From the human T2T-CHM13v2.0 reference genome, Homo sapiens: a stretch of DNA of 64,000 nucleotides. Under the pieces are notes generated by a model. The model did not search any database. It worked only from the letters and a program-made list of their open reading frames with translations, and was not told the origin of the DNA. The stretch's first letter is position 1; the number at the start of each line of letters is the position of its first letter. Location of the stretch: the NCBI RefSeq assembly GCF_009914755.1, contig NC_060935.1; one strand, written 5' to 3'. Position numbers and translations under genes: made by a program. Below are positions 28,616 to 42,880 of the stretch, one piece after another.

Positions 28616-29463
28616 TAATAACTTTGAACAAGGCGTCCTGCATTTTCACTTTGCACTGAGCCCCTCAGGTCCTGCCCACACAGCTGCTGCTTGCTCAGGA
28701 GCCCAAGTCTGGCCATCCCCTCGTCTTCCCGACCTCATGTGAGGGAGGAGGGAGGGGGCTGCCTTCTCCACCAGGCGGGCATGGAAGTTTGCCAGCCTCA
28801 GATTTTCAATTAATTGCCCACGCCCCTGGAAGATAATTGCCAGGACTGTTTGCCTCCATGTGGGCCTCAAGGTCAGTTGCCTGGGCAGTCTTGTTAGGGA
28901 GGAGGAGATAAAGGGGGCTCTGGCCTCTGTTTCTCGTGGAGGTGCTGCCTGGGGTGCCCATCGCAGGTGAACAGGGTGTGTGTGCCTGGGCAGGGTTGGG
29001 GCACGAACTTTTCAAGCCAGGACAATGTCAGAGCCTGGGCCACATTCTATTGAGCATGGCTTCCCTGGGACCCTGTAGCTGGTCAATGTGGACATTGGCA
29101 ATGAAATGCCAGAGACCTTGAATGACAACTAGAACAGCCCTGCTGTGAACTAGTCAGAAAGTCAGATGTTCCTGCTCTGACACTCACAGCTGTGTGGCGG
29201 GGGCAATTGAAAATAACTCTAGCCCCAATTTTCCCATCTACGCAGTGGGTACAACTTCATCCATCTCCAGGGTGGTGTGCAAGAGGGCTTTGTGATCACC
29301 CTGGTGGGCTGTGTGTCAGCCCCCTGCACATTTCTTTGTTCAGTCTCTGCCTCCAGAGTTCAGTCTCTGCCTCTAGAGAGAAGCACTGTTTTTGCAAAAG
29401 GCTGCAGATGTGGGGGCCCCTGCACCTGGTGCAGAGAAAGCATTTAATCAACGTTGGTTAGAC

Positions 29464-29953
29464 CAAGGGTCCCTAACTGGTCCGTGGCCTGTTAGGAACT
29501 GGAGATGAATGGTGGGTGAGGGAGCCAAGCTTCATCTGTATTTACAGCCACTCCCCATCACTCACATGACGGCCTGAGCTCCACCTCCTGTCAGATCAGC
29601 GGCAGCATTAGACACTCATAGGAGTGCAAACCTTACTGTGAACTGCGTATGTGAGGGATCTAGGTTGCACGCTCCTTATGAGAATCTAATGCCTGATGAT
29701 CTGTCAGTGTCTCCCATCACCCTAAGATGGGACCATCTGGTTACAGGAAAATAAGCTCAGGGCTCCCACTGATTCTACATGATGGTGAGTTGTAGAATTA
29801 TTTCATTATATAATGTAATAATAATGGAAATAAAGTGCATGATAAATGTAATGCACTTGAATCATCCTGAAACCATCCCCCCAACCCCTGGTCCAGGGAA
29901 GAATTGTCTTCCGTGAAACTGGTCCCTGGTGCCAAAAAGGTTGGGAACCGCTG
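29464..29953 (+). mobile_element. MER1A (hAT-Charlie) non-autonomous DNA transposon
   Basis: Close to MER1A (gcctgttaggaac, ccttatgagaatctaatgcctgatgatctg, ggtgccaaaaaggttgggaaccgctg); degenerate 8-bp TSD ggttagac/ggttaaat. Confidence 0.9.
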
Positions 29954-30893
29954 GGTTAAATGAGGGGAGGAAGGAAAGGCTGACTGATGTGTACTCCAGG
30001 AAGGCACCCCAGACTCAAGGTTGCCTGGCTCAGGCAAGGCCATGGCCAGCCGCAGAGGGACGGAGGGAGAGAGGGAGGAAGATGGGGCAGGAATGTCAAG
30101 GGGAAGAGAAGGAGTTGGCCAGTGCTCAGGAGCAAGCGATAAGTAAGCAGGGCCGAGGATTAGGAAAACACTGAGCGGAAGGAGGCGTGGAGGGACCGTT
30201 GCAATCAGATGGGAAACCAGATTAGATGCTGAATCAATGGAAAAGATCCCCGCCGGATCAAAGGCGCTTCTGGGGAAATGTGAAAAGCTATTCAGGGTCA
30301 GGAGGCAGGCCCCAGAGGAGGGGCCCAGGCAGCCCAGCCAGCAGCCAGGGAGTCTGTGGAGCCTGGGGAATGGGGCAACAGAGAGCCAGCCTCGGTGCCC
30401 GTTACACCCACGGGCCCGAGGTAGCCACTCACAGGCTGTTTGGGGCCAGACTTCCCAGATTCTGGGACACCAGGGCATTGGAGGCTCTTGGCTGGTGGAA
30501 ATGGCAGAGATCGGAGGGGGTGGGAACAGACTGGTCTTTATTCCTATTCCAGGGATAGAGCCACCTGCATGAGCTTTTTGGGTACCTCGGGAACTTCCCC
30601 TCCAGGTTGCAAGCTGTAGGCTCTGCTAGTCTGTGGGGACTGCACCCTGTCTCCAGAACCCCAGGAGGGGCTGTGTTTGGCCCTCATACATCTTTGCTGG
30701 TGGCATTGTGGGCTTTGGTGCCATATAACCCCAGAGAGGCTGTGCCCACCAGGCAAGGAAGGCACCTTTATCCGTCACTGAATGTGGGCCCAGGCCTGGT
30801 CCCTGGAGCTCTCTAAGCATCCTCCCCAGCCACATCAGTGCTGGGCCAGAGCACAGGAGCCAAGCACTTCAGGGCGGCAGAAACAGCATGGGC

Positions 30894-31120
30894 TGTGTTT
30901 CTCAAAAAGGATTCCAGGGAATGCTGGTCCCATAAGACAGTCCAGAAATAGAACTTAGGAGGTTAAATCAGTTTGAGAAACCCAGCTTGCTCTCTCCTCT
31001 CAGAGAGACAGAATAAAAGCCCCAGCAAGTTCTCTAAAGACTTTGCTTCATCCTGTGGTCCCCAAACTCCCTTGATCCTGTTAACATCCAGTGGAACTGG
31101 AATACACTTTGGAAAGTGAC
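30894..31120. mobile_element. Old hAT-Charlie MITE (MER103/MER112-like)
   Basis: Inverted motifs ctgtgtttctcaaa / tttgagaaacccag and terminal acactttggaaa. Confidence 0.5.
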
Positions 31121-33195
31121 GATCAAGCTTGCCACGCTCTCTCTGCACTAAGCGGGCACCTGTGGTGAATGAGCTTGGTTTTCTGGCCCTCGAGCTCGCG
31201 AATGGGTTTTGTTTGGCAGATGGGTGTGTGACGTCCACCTCAAATGCAGCTTCCACGTTCCCCTTCTGCCACATGCCTGGGGAGCTTCACAGGGGAGGCG
31301 TGCTGAGAAATCTCCCTGCTATGAGGCATTGATGGGCATCTGTTCCCTGGGGTGGGGGCCTCTTTCTGCCTGTGTGGTGGGAAGGAAAATGGCTGGGCCT
31401 CCCAGAGTGTTGGGCTCTATCCTGGCCTTAGGCTTGGGGTCCCACCCAGCTTCCCTGAGACCGCAGAGGGAGATTCTTCAGGCTGATGGTCCTGGGAGGC
31501 TGGGGCCATGGGGGTCCCCTCGTCCTGCCTAGGAAGAGAGTAAAGGAAGGTGGCCCAGGGAGGCCCTCTGGGCCTAGCAACAGTAGCCACACCACTGCTT
31601 CTCATGTACAGAGGAGGCCAGGAAATGAGAGGCCTGGGCACAGAGTGGCCTTCTAGATGCCCAACCTCAGAGCAGGGAGTGACCGGGGGCACACCAGAGG
31701 CTGAGAGGGCCCAGGCCAGTCGGGAGCCATAGTGGCCTGGACGGGGCTCAGCACGGGGGGCCGGCAGGGGAGAGAGAGGTCCAGTGGGTCAGAGTTGGGG
31801 TGTAGGCGGCGTGCAAAGGGATGTGGGAAGGGATGGGGTCAAGGAGCTTTGGAGTTGAGCTCCGAATGTGCCTTGGAGCCCTGAAGGCTGCTCCTGGGAA
31901 GGGAACCTGATTCATCTCTGTGAGTTTCAGGCAGAACCCAGACCTATAATGAGCAAGGTTACAGTAGCCAGGGGTCCAGAGTGAGTGGTGAGCTCCCCAC
32001 TCCTGGAGCTGGGCCCTGCTGGCTGCCAGCCAGTCAGAGGCAGCATGTGGTCTCGATGGCTGAGATTATGGACGTTGTAATCTTCATGCATTCATTCAGC
32101 ACCTGCTGCATGCAAAGCACAGTTCTGGGTTTGAAGCCCAGCTCTTCCACTTCCTTGCTGTGTGACCTTGGGCAAGTCACTTAACCTCTCTGAGCCCTTT
32201 CCCTTTCCTTTAAAATGTCTGCACTTTTCATTTCTTGGCCAGGTGGAAAAGACTGAGTCTGAAAACTGGGGCCTCAGACAACCCTCAAGGAGTGTGGGAA
32301 TTTCAGGCCCCCAAGAGGGACCACCTGTCCTGGTCACCGATAGGGCTGAGTGGAGGTGTGGGGGTGTAGGCCTTTCCTTCCAGCTCGCCTCCAGGCCCCA
32401 GCTATACTGTCTCAGCCTTCATGTGACCCCAGAAACTTCCAGAAGAGTGGCCCTTGGAGGCCCTCCCAACCTCTGGTGGGCCTGGTGCTCCCTCCCACAC
32501 CCACACGAGCCTGGGAAACAGCTCTGTGGGCTCTGTGACTCGAGGTGGTGTGAGGAGCCCTGGGTGGGCTTGGTTTGCTGAGTCCGAGTGTGGAATGGGA
32601 GCACACAGGGCCTCCAGGGGAGCTGGAGCTGCAGGCCTGGGGCTGGGGGAACCCTGCGGCCTGGGCCCCTCCACAGTGGCTGTCCAGCGTGGGAATGCTC
32701 TGGCCCTGGCTTCGTGTCCTCCGGCAGATTGACAAGGTCTGGGGCCCACGCACTGACTCTCAGGGGAGCGATTGACGGCTTGTCGGTGGGGAGTAGGCGG
32801 CCCAGGCAGGCTGTGCTGGGAACGGTGAGCCCCCCAACTCCTCCAGGCCCCTCCCTCTCCTCCCAGGCCTGTCCCAGGCCTCTGAGTTAGGGTACCGGAG
32901 GGAGTCCCACAGGGACCCCATGGTGGCCCTGAGATGGCAGCAGCATTGTGAGCAGAGGTCAGCACTGGCCAAATGTCCTGCGAGCAGAGGAGTCTGGAGA
33001 AGGGGACGGGGCTCTCTCTGAAAAGACCAGAAGCCTGGAGAAGGGGATGTGGCTCTCTCTGAAGGCACCTGGGTCCCCTCAGCCTACCTGGGTCCCCTCC
33101 TCCCAGGGGCTGCCCCCTTTCCTCCCATCCCATGCTCAGTGGGAGTTGCTCCCAGGCCCCGGCTCTGGGGCTTGCTTGCCACGTCGTGGCTCCTA

Positions 33196-33699
<504 letters not shown>

Positions 33700-34479
33700 T
33701 TAGCCAGGGAGATTCGGGCCCAGATGAACTGAGCTTATTCTCTTCGCTTCGCTGCCTTTCCCTTCCGGGCTGGGATGACTCAGTTTCTGGGGCCAGAATC
33801 TCAGTCCACTGAAGTCCGAAGGGCCTTGGGTGATGGTCCCAGCCAGTGGGGTCCAGAGATCCCTGGGGCTCTGAGTGGGGTGTGTCAGGGACTGTGACCA
33901 GGGGCTGAGGAGGCTCCATCTGGCTGCCTCAAAGTAACTCCAAGCTTCTCTGCCATGTATTTCCACTCCAGTCTGACTGCTGCTCATAGCAGAGATCAGG
34001 TACTGGCAGTGCCACCTCCCCGATCACATGGCAGGTCAGTGTCAGATCTGGGGACGTCCCCAGGCCCTTGTCTTTGCCCAGAGCTCTCCCCTGGCTTCTT
34101 TAGTGGGGTGGGAAAAGGAGCTACTGGTCTACCTGTAGCTGCCCTGACTGAGAGGGAGGAGGGAAGAATGGCAGGGGCTATGCTGGTAGCTGTGACGTAG
34201 GAGCCCTGGCTTGGCACTGAAGGAGGAGAGAAAGGAGCAGCCTCCACAGCTTGGCCAGGGTCCTGCCTGGGCCACCACCACTCCTTCCACCTGCCACAGG
34301 GCTGTTTCACAGCACCAAGGATACAGGCTCCGTGAGGTGACCTGACAGTCTTCAGGCAACGTCCACACCACAGAGCTGATATGGTTGACCCTTTAGTATG
34401 GGTGCTCTCCCTCTCAGTTTGGCCTAGGCTTTGGATGTTTGAGAGTCTCTTCTCCAACTAGAGTTAGATTGGAAGGAGA

Positions 34480-35045
34480 GCCACCCATCCACTCACCCAC
34501 TTAACTTCTCATCCATCTCGCCATTCATCTTTCTAGCCTTCATTACAACCATCTTTGTAGCCATCCACATGTCCATCTGTTCATTGATCCATTCATTTAC
34601 TTGTTTATCTATTCCTCTATCCAACTGTTAGTTATTCATTCAAAGCCCTTTCTAACCATCCATCTACATGTCCACCCACTCATTTATTCATCTTCCATCC
34701 ACCGATTTACCTATTCATCCAGCCACCCATCCATCCATCCATCCATCCATCCATCCATCCAGTTACCCATCACTCCTTCAATCATCCATCCATTCTACCT
34801 ATCTGTGTTTACCTTTCTAGTCCTCACGCATTCACTCATCCACCCATCCAACCATTTATCCATCATTCATCTACTCATCCACCTGTTAGTCCATGTACCA
34901 GTCTATCTGCTTATCGGTCATCATTCTAACCACCTATCCATCTATCCATCCTGCCATCTTCTCACCCCACTCATAAATGTGGCACTCTGTCCATCCATCT
35001 GCCCACCTGTCCCACTGTCCATTCACCTATCCATTCATTGATCCA
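34480..35045. repeat. Degenerate (TCCA/TTCA)n low-complexity tract
   Basis: Read directly. Confidence 0.85.
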
Positions 35046-37769
35046 GCCAAGCATCTATGGACAGATGCCACGAGGCTACCATTATTCATCGCAGAGCCCA
35101 GAGTAATGCTGTGTCTTGGATTATATGACTGCTCTTACTTGGTAGATGAAAACACTGAGATGAAATACAGGGGCAGCATACTTATTGGGAATAACTACTT
35201 AGGGTCAGAGAAACCTGAGTTCAAATCCTGACTCTATCATCCCATTAGCTCTGTGGCCTTGGATCAGTCATTTACTTCTCTGTGCCTCAGTTTCTTCCTG
35301 TGTAAAACAAGAATAGGAACATCTAGAATGTTATGGAAATTAAAGCTAAAACATGTATTATATTTCTTTACAACAAAATAAGTCTTTACTGAGTTTGGCT
35401 TTCTGGAGGAATGGTTGTTACAGGTGGGGCTGTGCCCATGGCTGGCTCCTGGAGACTCCTGGGCTCTGGCCCTGGCTGTGCAGATGGCCATTTGTCCTTC
35501 CTGTGCAGCTGACCAGTGCCAACAGCAGGGAGGTCTCTGGGGCCATCAGTGCCATCTGACGCTTGCTGCTCAGATATGGCCGTAGCCTGCAAGGCAAGTC
35601 TGGTCTCCCCCGCCCAGAGCTGGTGGCTGCAACCTGAGCCTGCAACCCAGAGGCCTTTGGCCCATGCTCCCAGGACGCAGAGTTTCCTTTGGCCCCTTCT
35701 GCCGGTGCACCCCCACCCAAGCCCAGCTCCTGGGCACAGGATGTGTGTGCACTTGGAGCAGAACAGAAATCAGAGCTGGAGGCCTCTGAGCTGCTGTCTC
35801 CCCGCCCACCAGGTAGGCCTGTCCCTTCCCCAGGGTAGGTAAATACAGGGTTCTATTTACGTGGCAACGCACGGGGCAGCCAGCGGTGGCAGGTCGGTGG
35901 CTTATGCAATGGCAGCGTGGCGCTTGGCAGCTCTGGGGTGCCGTGGGAAAGGGAGGTCTCCCTCATGATGTGACTTGTACCCTAGTCCCGCCCTTGGGGG
36001 TGACACCCCGTTTGGACCTGGTTGCCCCAGACAGCCCAGGCAGGCAAGAACACCTGGGCGCAAGGCCTCCCCTGTTGCTTGTCGGCTGGGCTCCAGCCCT
36101 TCCTGCAGGACTTTGGGGAGATACGTATTATCAGTTGCAGCATCCACAGGGACCTCCACCTCTAAGAACTCACCAGGTGCCAACACAGCTTCCACGCTTT
36201 GTCTCACTTCACCCTCCCTTTGTAGACGGGGAGACACAGAGAAGGGTCTCAGTGTGCATGGTCTCACTCTGCAACCATGCTCTAGGGCTGAAGCCACTGC
36301 TCTGGGCCAATTGTCCTCAGCCTGGCCAGGGCTCTGCCTGGGTGCGCCATGGCTTTCCCAAGTCCCCTCCTCCTGGAGGATAGTGGGGCAGCCGAATGCC
36401 AGGCAGCAAAGGACCCTCTCCCCACTTTCGCCATCCCAAGGCTCTAGCGGCTAAAAACATCCCCCACCCTGAACTGCTCTGCCAGCTTGAGGCTACCCCC
36501 TCTGGAAAGCCCTCCCTGACCTCCAAGTCCCAAGGTTGAGGCTCCCATGAGACCCTGAGCCCACCTCTCTGGACTTCAGTCTCCTCTCTGCCACAGGAGA
36601 ATAATGGCTTTGAACTTGGAGCCGTCTCGCGGGTGAAAGGAGAAAATCATTGCAAAACTGCTCAGTATCCCACAGGCAGGAAGGGCTCAGCACCCGAAGT
36701 GTTCAAGCTATGTCCTGTGGCAGGTGGATGCTTCTACATCACCCGTCCTTGTCAGAAAGCCCTTCTGCAGGCAGCAGCTGCATCTTGCTTCCCTTTGGTC
36801 CCTTTCTTGATGCAGGTCCACTACTGTGGAGAGAAGGGAAAAGCCACTGGGCACCAGGTGGGTGGATGGGTGGACAATTGGAAGAATATTTGGACACGTG
36901 ATCTGATGGCAGGAATTGAGGAAGGAGGGAGGGAAGGAGGACAGCAAGGCAGGGAAGGGAGAGGAGAAGAGAAAGCACCAGCCTTATAGCTCGGTCTACC
37001 CTGCAGTCCCTGGAGCCAGTCTGGGGCTATCCCAGCTCACCACACAGTTGCTGCCTGGCTACCCCTCTCTGTGTCTAGTTTTAATTTTTCATCTATCAAA
37101 GGGAACATAGCTGAACTAGCCCACTCTGTAGTGCCCTTGTGAGGATTAAACAAAGGAATCATGCAAGAGGACTGTCATGGTACAAGGCTCTCAGTAAGTG
37201 ACACTTGAGTGTCCTTCCTCCCCAAGCAAGCCGGCTCCAGTTCCCAGCAAGGCCAGGTAGCTGCACGGCCATTCCTGCACTGGGCGTTCCCCCTGCCCGC
37301 CTCCCACGCTAGCCCTCCCCACTTGCTTGTTAAAATCCCCTGGATCAGTGCCTCTCCCAGGTATGTCCTGGTTATGTAATCACCGCCCGAGCAGTTACAC
37401 ACCAACTTGAGCTCTTTGCTGGCTCCTGTTTACTCTTTGGCTCAGGGGAGAGTTCCATTCAGAAGAAATTGCTATTGCTTCTCAGCCTTCCCATGGGAAA
37501 GCAGCATTAGGGAGGGGTTCAGTGAGCCAGCAGGAGTGGGGGGAGTGGAGGCAGGGGAGGAGTGGGGGGAGCAGGCCCTCACACAGCTCAGGGCTTGCTC
37601 CATACGCACAGCTTGCCAGCTACTTTATCTCTTTAAAAACAAAAGTCTCAAATAATTTTTTCACATGACCTCATTTTCTGATATACCTGAATATGGTTAA
37701 GAGAAAGGTGGACGATGACCTCATCCCATTCCCTATTCATGACTTGTTACCGTGTTTTGTTGCCCTTGC

Positions 37770-38170
37770 ATTCATTCATGTGTGTTTGCATGCATCTATA
37801 TACACATCCATCAATCCATCTAGTCACCCATTGATCCATTCATCTATTCATCCATCTATCCATACATTTATCCATCCATCTAGCCATCCACCTACATATT
37901 TATCCATCCACCCACATCTCCATCCATCTATCCATCCATCCATCCATCCACCCACCTATACACTCATCCATCCACCCATCCATGTACACATCCATCCATC
38001 CATCCATCCATCCATCCATCCATCCATCCATCCAACCATCCATGTATCAATCCATTTATCCATCTATCTATCCATCCACCTATGCACCAACTCATCTACT
38101 CATCCATACACACACCCACCCATCTACCCATCCATACACATACCCACCCACCCCTTCCTCCCTTCCATCA
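37770..38170. repeat. (TCCA)n tract
   Basis: Read directly. Confidence 0.92.
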
Positions 38171-39009
38171 CATAACATTTGTTGAGTTAATAGTAAAAGA
38201 AATAGTGGACTGGGTGTCCTATGACCTGATTTCCATTCTCAGTGCAACCCTTGTGCTGAGGCCAAGTTTGGGAGGGACATCTACCCAGGTCTGAGTCTCA
38301 GATATGCCATTTTCTCTTTTGTTCTTGGCCAAACTCTTTCCCTCTTTGAACCTCAGTATCCTCATCTGCAAAACAGGGCGATAAGGATTCTTGTCTTATT
38401 ATTGGAAGGACATAAAAATAATGTAGACTTGGGAGTTCCTGGAATCATGTGAGCCTCCCGTGGGGACTCTTCAGGTCCTGTGCTTTCGGTGGAGGTGCTA
38501 AGATGGTGCAAGAGGAAGCCCTTGCTTTGGAGCTTCCTGTGCAGTGGAGCAGAGGAAGAACCAGCCAGGACTGGTGGGGTCTGTGTTGGATGGAGGTGGA
38601 GAAGACTGAGGGGCCTAGGCCACAGAGGGGCACAGCCTCAGGATAGGTCTTGGTGGCCATGGTTGGAGGATTAGATTCAGGCTTTCAAGCAAGGTAGATA
38701 ATGGCTGCATTGGTATTTTGGAAGGACCCCTCTGTCTGCTGTGGAAGAAAACTAGTAAAGAGACTTGCAGTTGCCTGACTAGACCATGAGACTGAAGAGT
38801 AGGGGGTGACACTAAACTTCACAGACACTTTTCCTCCTGAATGCTGAAACTGTGCAGGCACCAGAATCACTGATTTAGGTCTCAGGTGACCCAGATCACA
38901 CTGGATCTCTGGTCCTTCTGTAATATGGCATTTGTGCCTTATCTTCCCAGCCTGCGTCCCTGGCAGACATTGCTAATCAATTGCAGCTCTCTTTCCCCAG
39001 AGCCTAAAA

Positions 39010-39537
39010 CTGTGTGGTCTAGTACAGTAGACACTAGCCATCATTTAAATATGGCTCTTTAAATCTAAATCAATTAAAATTAAATAAAATTAACAATTCA
39101 GTTGCTCAATTGCCAGAGTCACATCGTTTCGGTCTTTCTTTTTTAAATTTAGAGATAGGGTCTCACCCTGTCACCCAGGCTGGATTGCAGTGGTGCAATC
39201 ATTATAGCTCATTGTAACACTGAACTTCTGGGCTCAGGCGACCCTCCAGCTTCTGCCTCTCAAGTAGCCCAGACTAGAGGTGGGCATCACCAAGAACAGA
39301 TAATTGTTTATTTTTTGTAGAGTTGGGGTCTCACTATGTTGCTCAGGCTGGTCTTGAACCCCTGGTCTGAAGCTATCCTCCCACCTCAGCCCCCTGAGTA
39401 GCTGGGGCCACAGATGTGAGCTACCGTGCCCAGCCTACAGCCACATTTCAAGTGCTACTATAGCTATTGGGTACCAGATGGGACGGAGCAGGTACAGAGC
39501 ATTTCTATTGTCAGAAGAGTTCTGTTGGTCTGTGCTG
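39010..39537 (-). mobile_element. MER3 (hAT-Charlie) interrupted by an antisense AluJ (~39135-39435)
   Basis: attaaaattaaataaaatt...cagccacatttcaagtgct is MER3 text; AluJ body lies between. Confidence 0.8.
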
Positions 39538-41569
39538 ACCTCAGCCAGGTCCCATAGCCAATTCTGGGTCAGTGAGGAGCTGGGAAGCATAATAAGCAGC
39601 CTCTGCGCCTCTCTGGGCTAAGCAGTGGTGAATTTAGCCCAACTTGATGCCCCCCATGCTCATATCTCATGGCAGTTTTTCTTTCTACCTGAATTTTGCA
39701 CGTAAAATCAGACTTAAAAAAGCAAAGTCCTTCTGGGCTGACCCTTCTCAAGTTCACTTTCTTTTTTTCTCTCAAGAAAAAAATTTTTAAAAAAAGGAAG
39801 TAGGAAAAGCCCAGCTTTGCCATGGGCCATAGATGTCACTGCAAGTGTCATTTCAGTCCTGAGCTCACCTGGCCTCTCCAGCCTCCGGAGGCTGCATGCT
39901 TCTGTTTTTACGTCTATTTTTAGTGCCCCTGGGTGAATGTCATTGCCGCCAGAGGCTGACATTTCATACTGTGGGAATCTTGACCTGCTGCTGTTCCGTT
40001 GTCAGTTGAATCTGCTTTGTTATGCCCCAGAAGGAAAGAACAATGATCATTAATAATCGGCAACTTCTGGAAAATCGGAAATGGAACCTCTGTGATCCGA
40101 GGCTGCCCTTAACCCCAGCTGTGCTGCCTGCAGCGAGCACCACATGGCTGGTCTCCAGAAGGCTCCACAGTTGCCAGAAGGTTACACCCTGGGGCTGCCA
40201 GCCGGTTGATGCAGGGCAGGTGGGCAGTAGGCAGTGGGCTGGGAGAGGGCAGACCTTGACCCTCAGTCATGTGACTGGGGTGGAGGAGGCTGAGGCAGAG
40301 TGACAAGAACTTGGTGAGGAAAGTGTCCAACTGCATAGAGACTTGCGGCCCACCTCCAGAGACCAGCACAGGGGACACCCTCCGGGGGCAGGGTAGAGGA
40401 CAGGTGGGAGGAGGGGAAGGTGCCCTGTTCTGGATGGGTGGGTGGGGGTCTCACCTGGGCTGGGGAGTTCGATTCAGCCAAGTGTCTGAGCCCCTGACCC
40501 TGGGTTGGGTTCCGTGCTGGGTATTGTGGGGCACAAAGGGGAATGAGAACCGGGTAAGTGGTGGGAATTAGTGGGACCCTGGAGGAGCCCTAGCCAGCTG
40601 CTGGCTCATGGGTGGGGACTCACGGCTGCAAAGCCTCACACCTGCTGGCAGGGAAGACATTGTGGGTTCCCCCAGCACAGACGACTCCTTCAACCCCTTT
40701 GGGAGTGTGGACGGAACTGGGACTGGCCTGGCCTTTAGGGAAGAGGGGCTGTGCTTGTATCTCAGGCTCAAGTCACCTTTGACAAGGGAAGCAAAGGTCC
40801 CGGGAACAATTCCTTCTTTTCACACTGGGTGACCTGGCAGGAGCTCCTGCTGGAGCTGACGGAGGTGGCAGCCCCTCCCAGGCAGCCCAAGACAAACATG
40901 CTGTAGGAAGTTCCCACGGTCCCAGGGCCTCTCGCCTGGAGCTTTTGCAGTTACCTCCCGGAGGCCGGGGCTGTGGGGGAGGGTGAGGCCTCAGGCACCC
41001 ACAGGTGAGTCTGGAGTCCCAGGCCCTGGGGACACACCTGCGGGGCACCTACTCTGTGCCATGCATTTTGCAAACATCATGTTACTGAATCCTTAAAATG
41101 ATCTTCCTAAATTAATATTATGATCTTCATTTAGAAATCTAAGGCTTGGAGAGGTTAAGTCAGCCAGGTCTAGGGGTAGTTCAGCTCAGGCTGGAGTGTG
41201 GGGCAGGCTTCAGCCACCAGAGCCCAAGTGAGGGTCAGAGTGGAGGGCCCTGGTGTTACCTGTGCTTGCCGGCCAGGCTCTCCCACTCTGGGGTCCTGCC
41301 AAAAAACTAGTGTGGTCTCTATAGCCCTGCCACCTCTCAGATTCTAGACTTCCAGGCAGCAAGTGCTCAGGAATCGCCTGTCCTCTCAGGTACGTATCTG
41401 ACCAAGTCCTGCCCTCGCCAATCTCCCAGACCCCATGGGATAATTGCAGAGGAATGGGGAGTCAGGCCCACAGTCAGGGGCTTGATTCTTGTGTCCTGAG
41501 GATGGACTGGCCCTACCCACTCATTTATTCTACTGCCCACCTTGACCCCTAACAATCCATTGATCTGTC

Positions 41570-42880
41570 CTTCTAGCCAACATCTACCATCAATCTATCT
41601 ATACTCACTTATCCATCCATCACCTTACCCACCAGCCACACATGCACACAGCATCCACCATCAATCCATCCACACACACCCATCCATCCATCAACTTACC
41701 CACCAGCTACCCATGCATGCAACATCCACCATCAATCTATCTACACTTATCCATACATCACCTTACCCACCAGCCACCCATGCACACAGCATCCACCATC
41801 AATCCATCCATACGCACCCATCCATGCCATCGTGTTACCCATCAGCCACCCATGCATGCAGCATCCACCATTAATCCATCCACATTCACCTATCCATGCC
41901 ATCATGTTACCCACCAGCCATCCATGCATGCAACATCCACCATCAATCTATTCACACTCACTTATCCATCCATCCCCTTACCCACCAGCCACCCATGCAT
42001 GCAATATCCACCATTAATCCATCAACACACACCCATCCATCCATCACTTACACACCAGCCACCCATGCATGCAGCATCCACCTTTAATCTATCCACATTC
42101 ACCCACCCATCCATCACCTTACTCACCAGCCACCCATGCATGCAGCATCCACCATCAATCCATCCACACTCACCCATCCATGCCATCATGTTATCCACTA
42201 GCCATCCATGCATGCAACATCCACCATCAATCCATCCACACTCACCCATCCATGCATCACCTTACCCACCAGCCACCCATGCATGCAGCATCCACCATGG
42301 GTCCCTTCAGAGTCACTCATTCATGCCACCATGTTATCCACCAGCCATCCATGCACACAGCATCCACCATCAATCCATCCACACTCATTCATCTACCATC
42401 ACATTACCCACCAGTCACCCATGCATGCAGCATCCACCATCAGTTCCTTCAGAGTCACTCATTCATGCCACCATGTTATCCACCAGCCATCCATGCACAC
42501 AGCATCCACCATCAATCCATCCACACTCATTCATCTACCATCACATTACCCACCAGTCACCCATGCATGCAGCATCCACCATCAGTTCCTTCAGAGTCAC
42601 TCATTCATGCCACCATGTTATCCACCAGCCATCCATGCATGCAGCATCCACCATCAACCCATCCACACTTACTCATCTACCATCACCTTACCCACCAGCC
42701 ACCCATGCATGCAGTATCCACCATCAATCCATCCACACTCACCCGTCCGTTCATCACTTTACCTGCCCAACACCCATGCATGCAGCATCCATATCAATCC
42801 ATCCACACTCATTCATCTACCATCACCTTACCCGCCAGGCACCCATGCATGCAGCATCCATCCTTCATCTCACCGCCAGT
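41570..42880. repeat. ~70-bp CA-rich minisatellite (~18-19 copies) with a 142-bp higher-order dimer
   Basis: Unit ...ttacccaccagccacccatgcatgcagcatccaccatcaatccatccacactca...; cagagtcactc recurs at 42308, 42450 and 42592. Confidence 0.92.

Noticed and set aside
31124-31236. Cluster of 6-bp palindromes (AAGCTT, CTCGAG, GAGCTC, TCGCGA, GACGTC) resembling a polylinker
   Set aside because: Only three sites overlap, the flanks are ordinary genomic sequence and no vector sequence is present; compatible with chance.
32402-33133. 243-aa minus-strand ORF (likewise 29798-30478, 58448-59179, 62468-63133)
   Set aside because: GC-rich chance ORFs with no recognisable domain or splice context.
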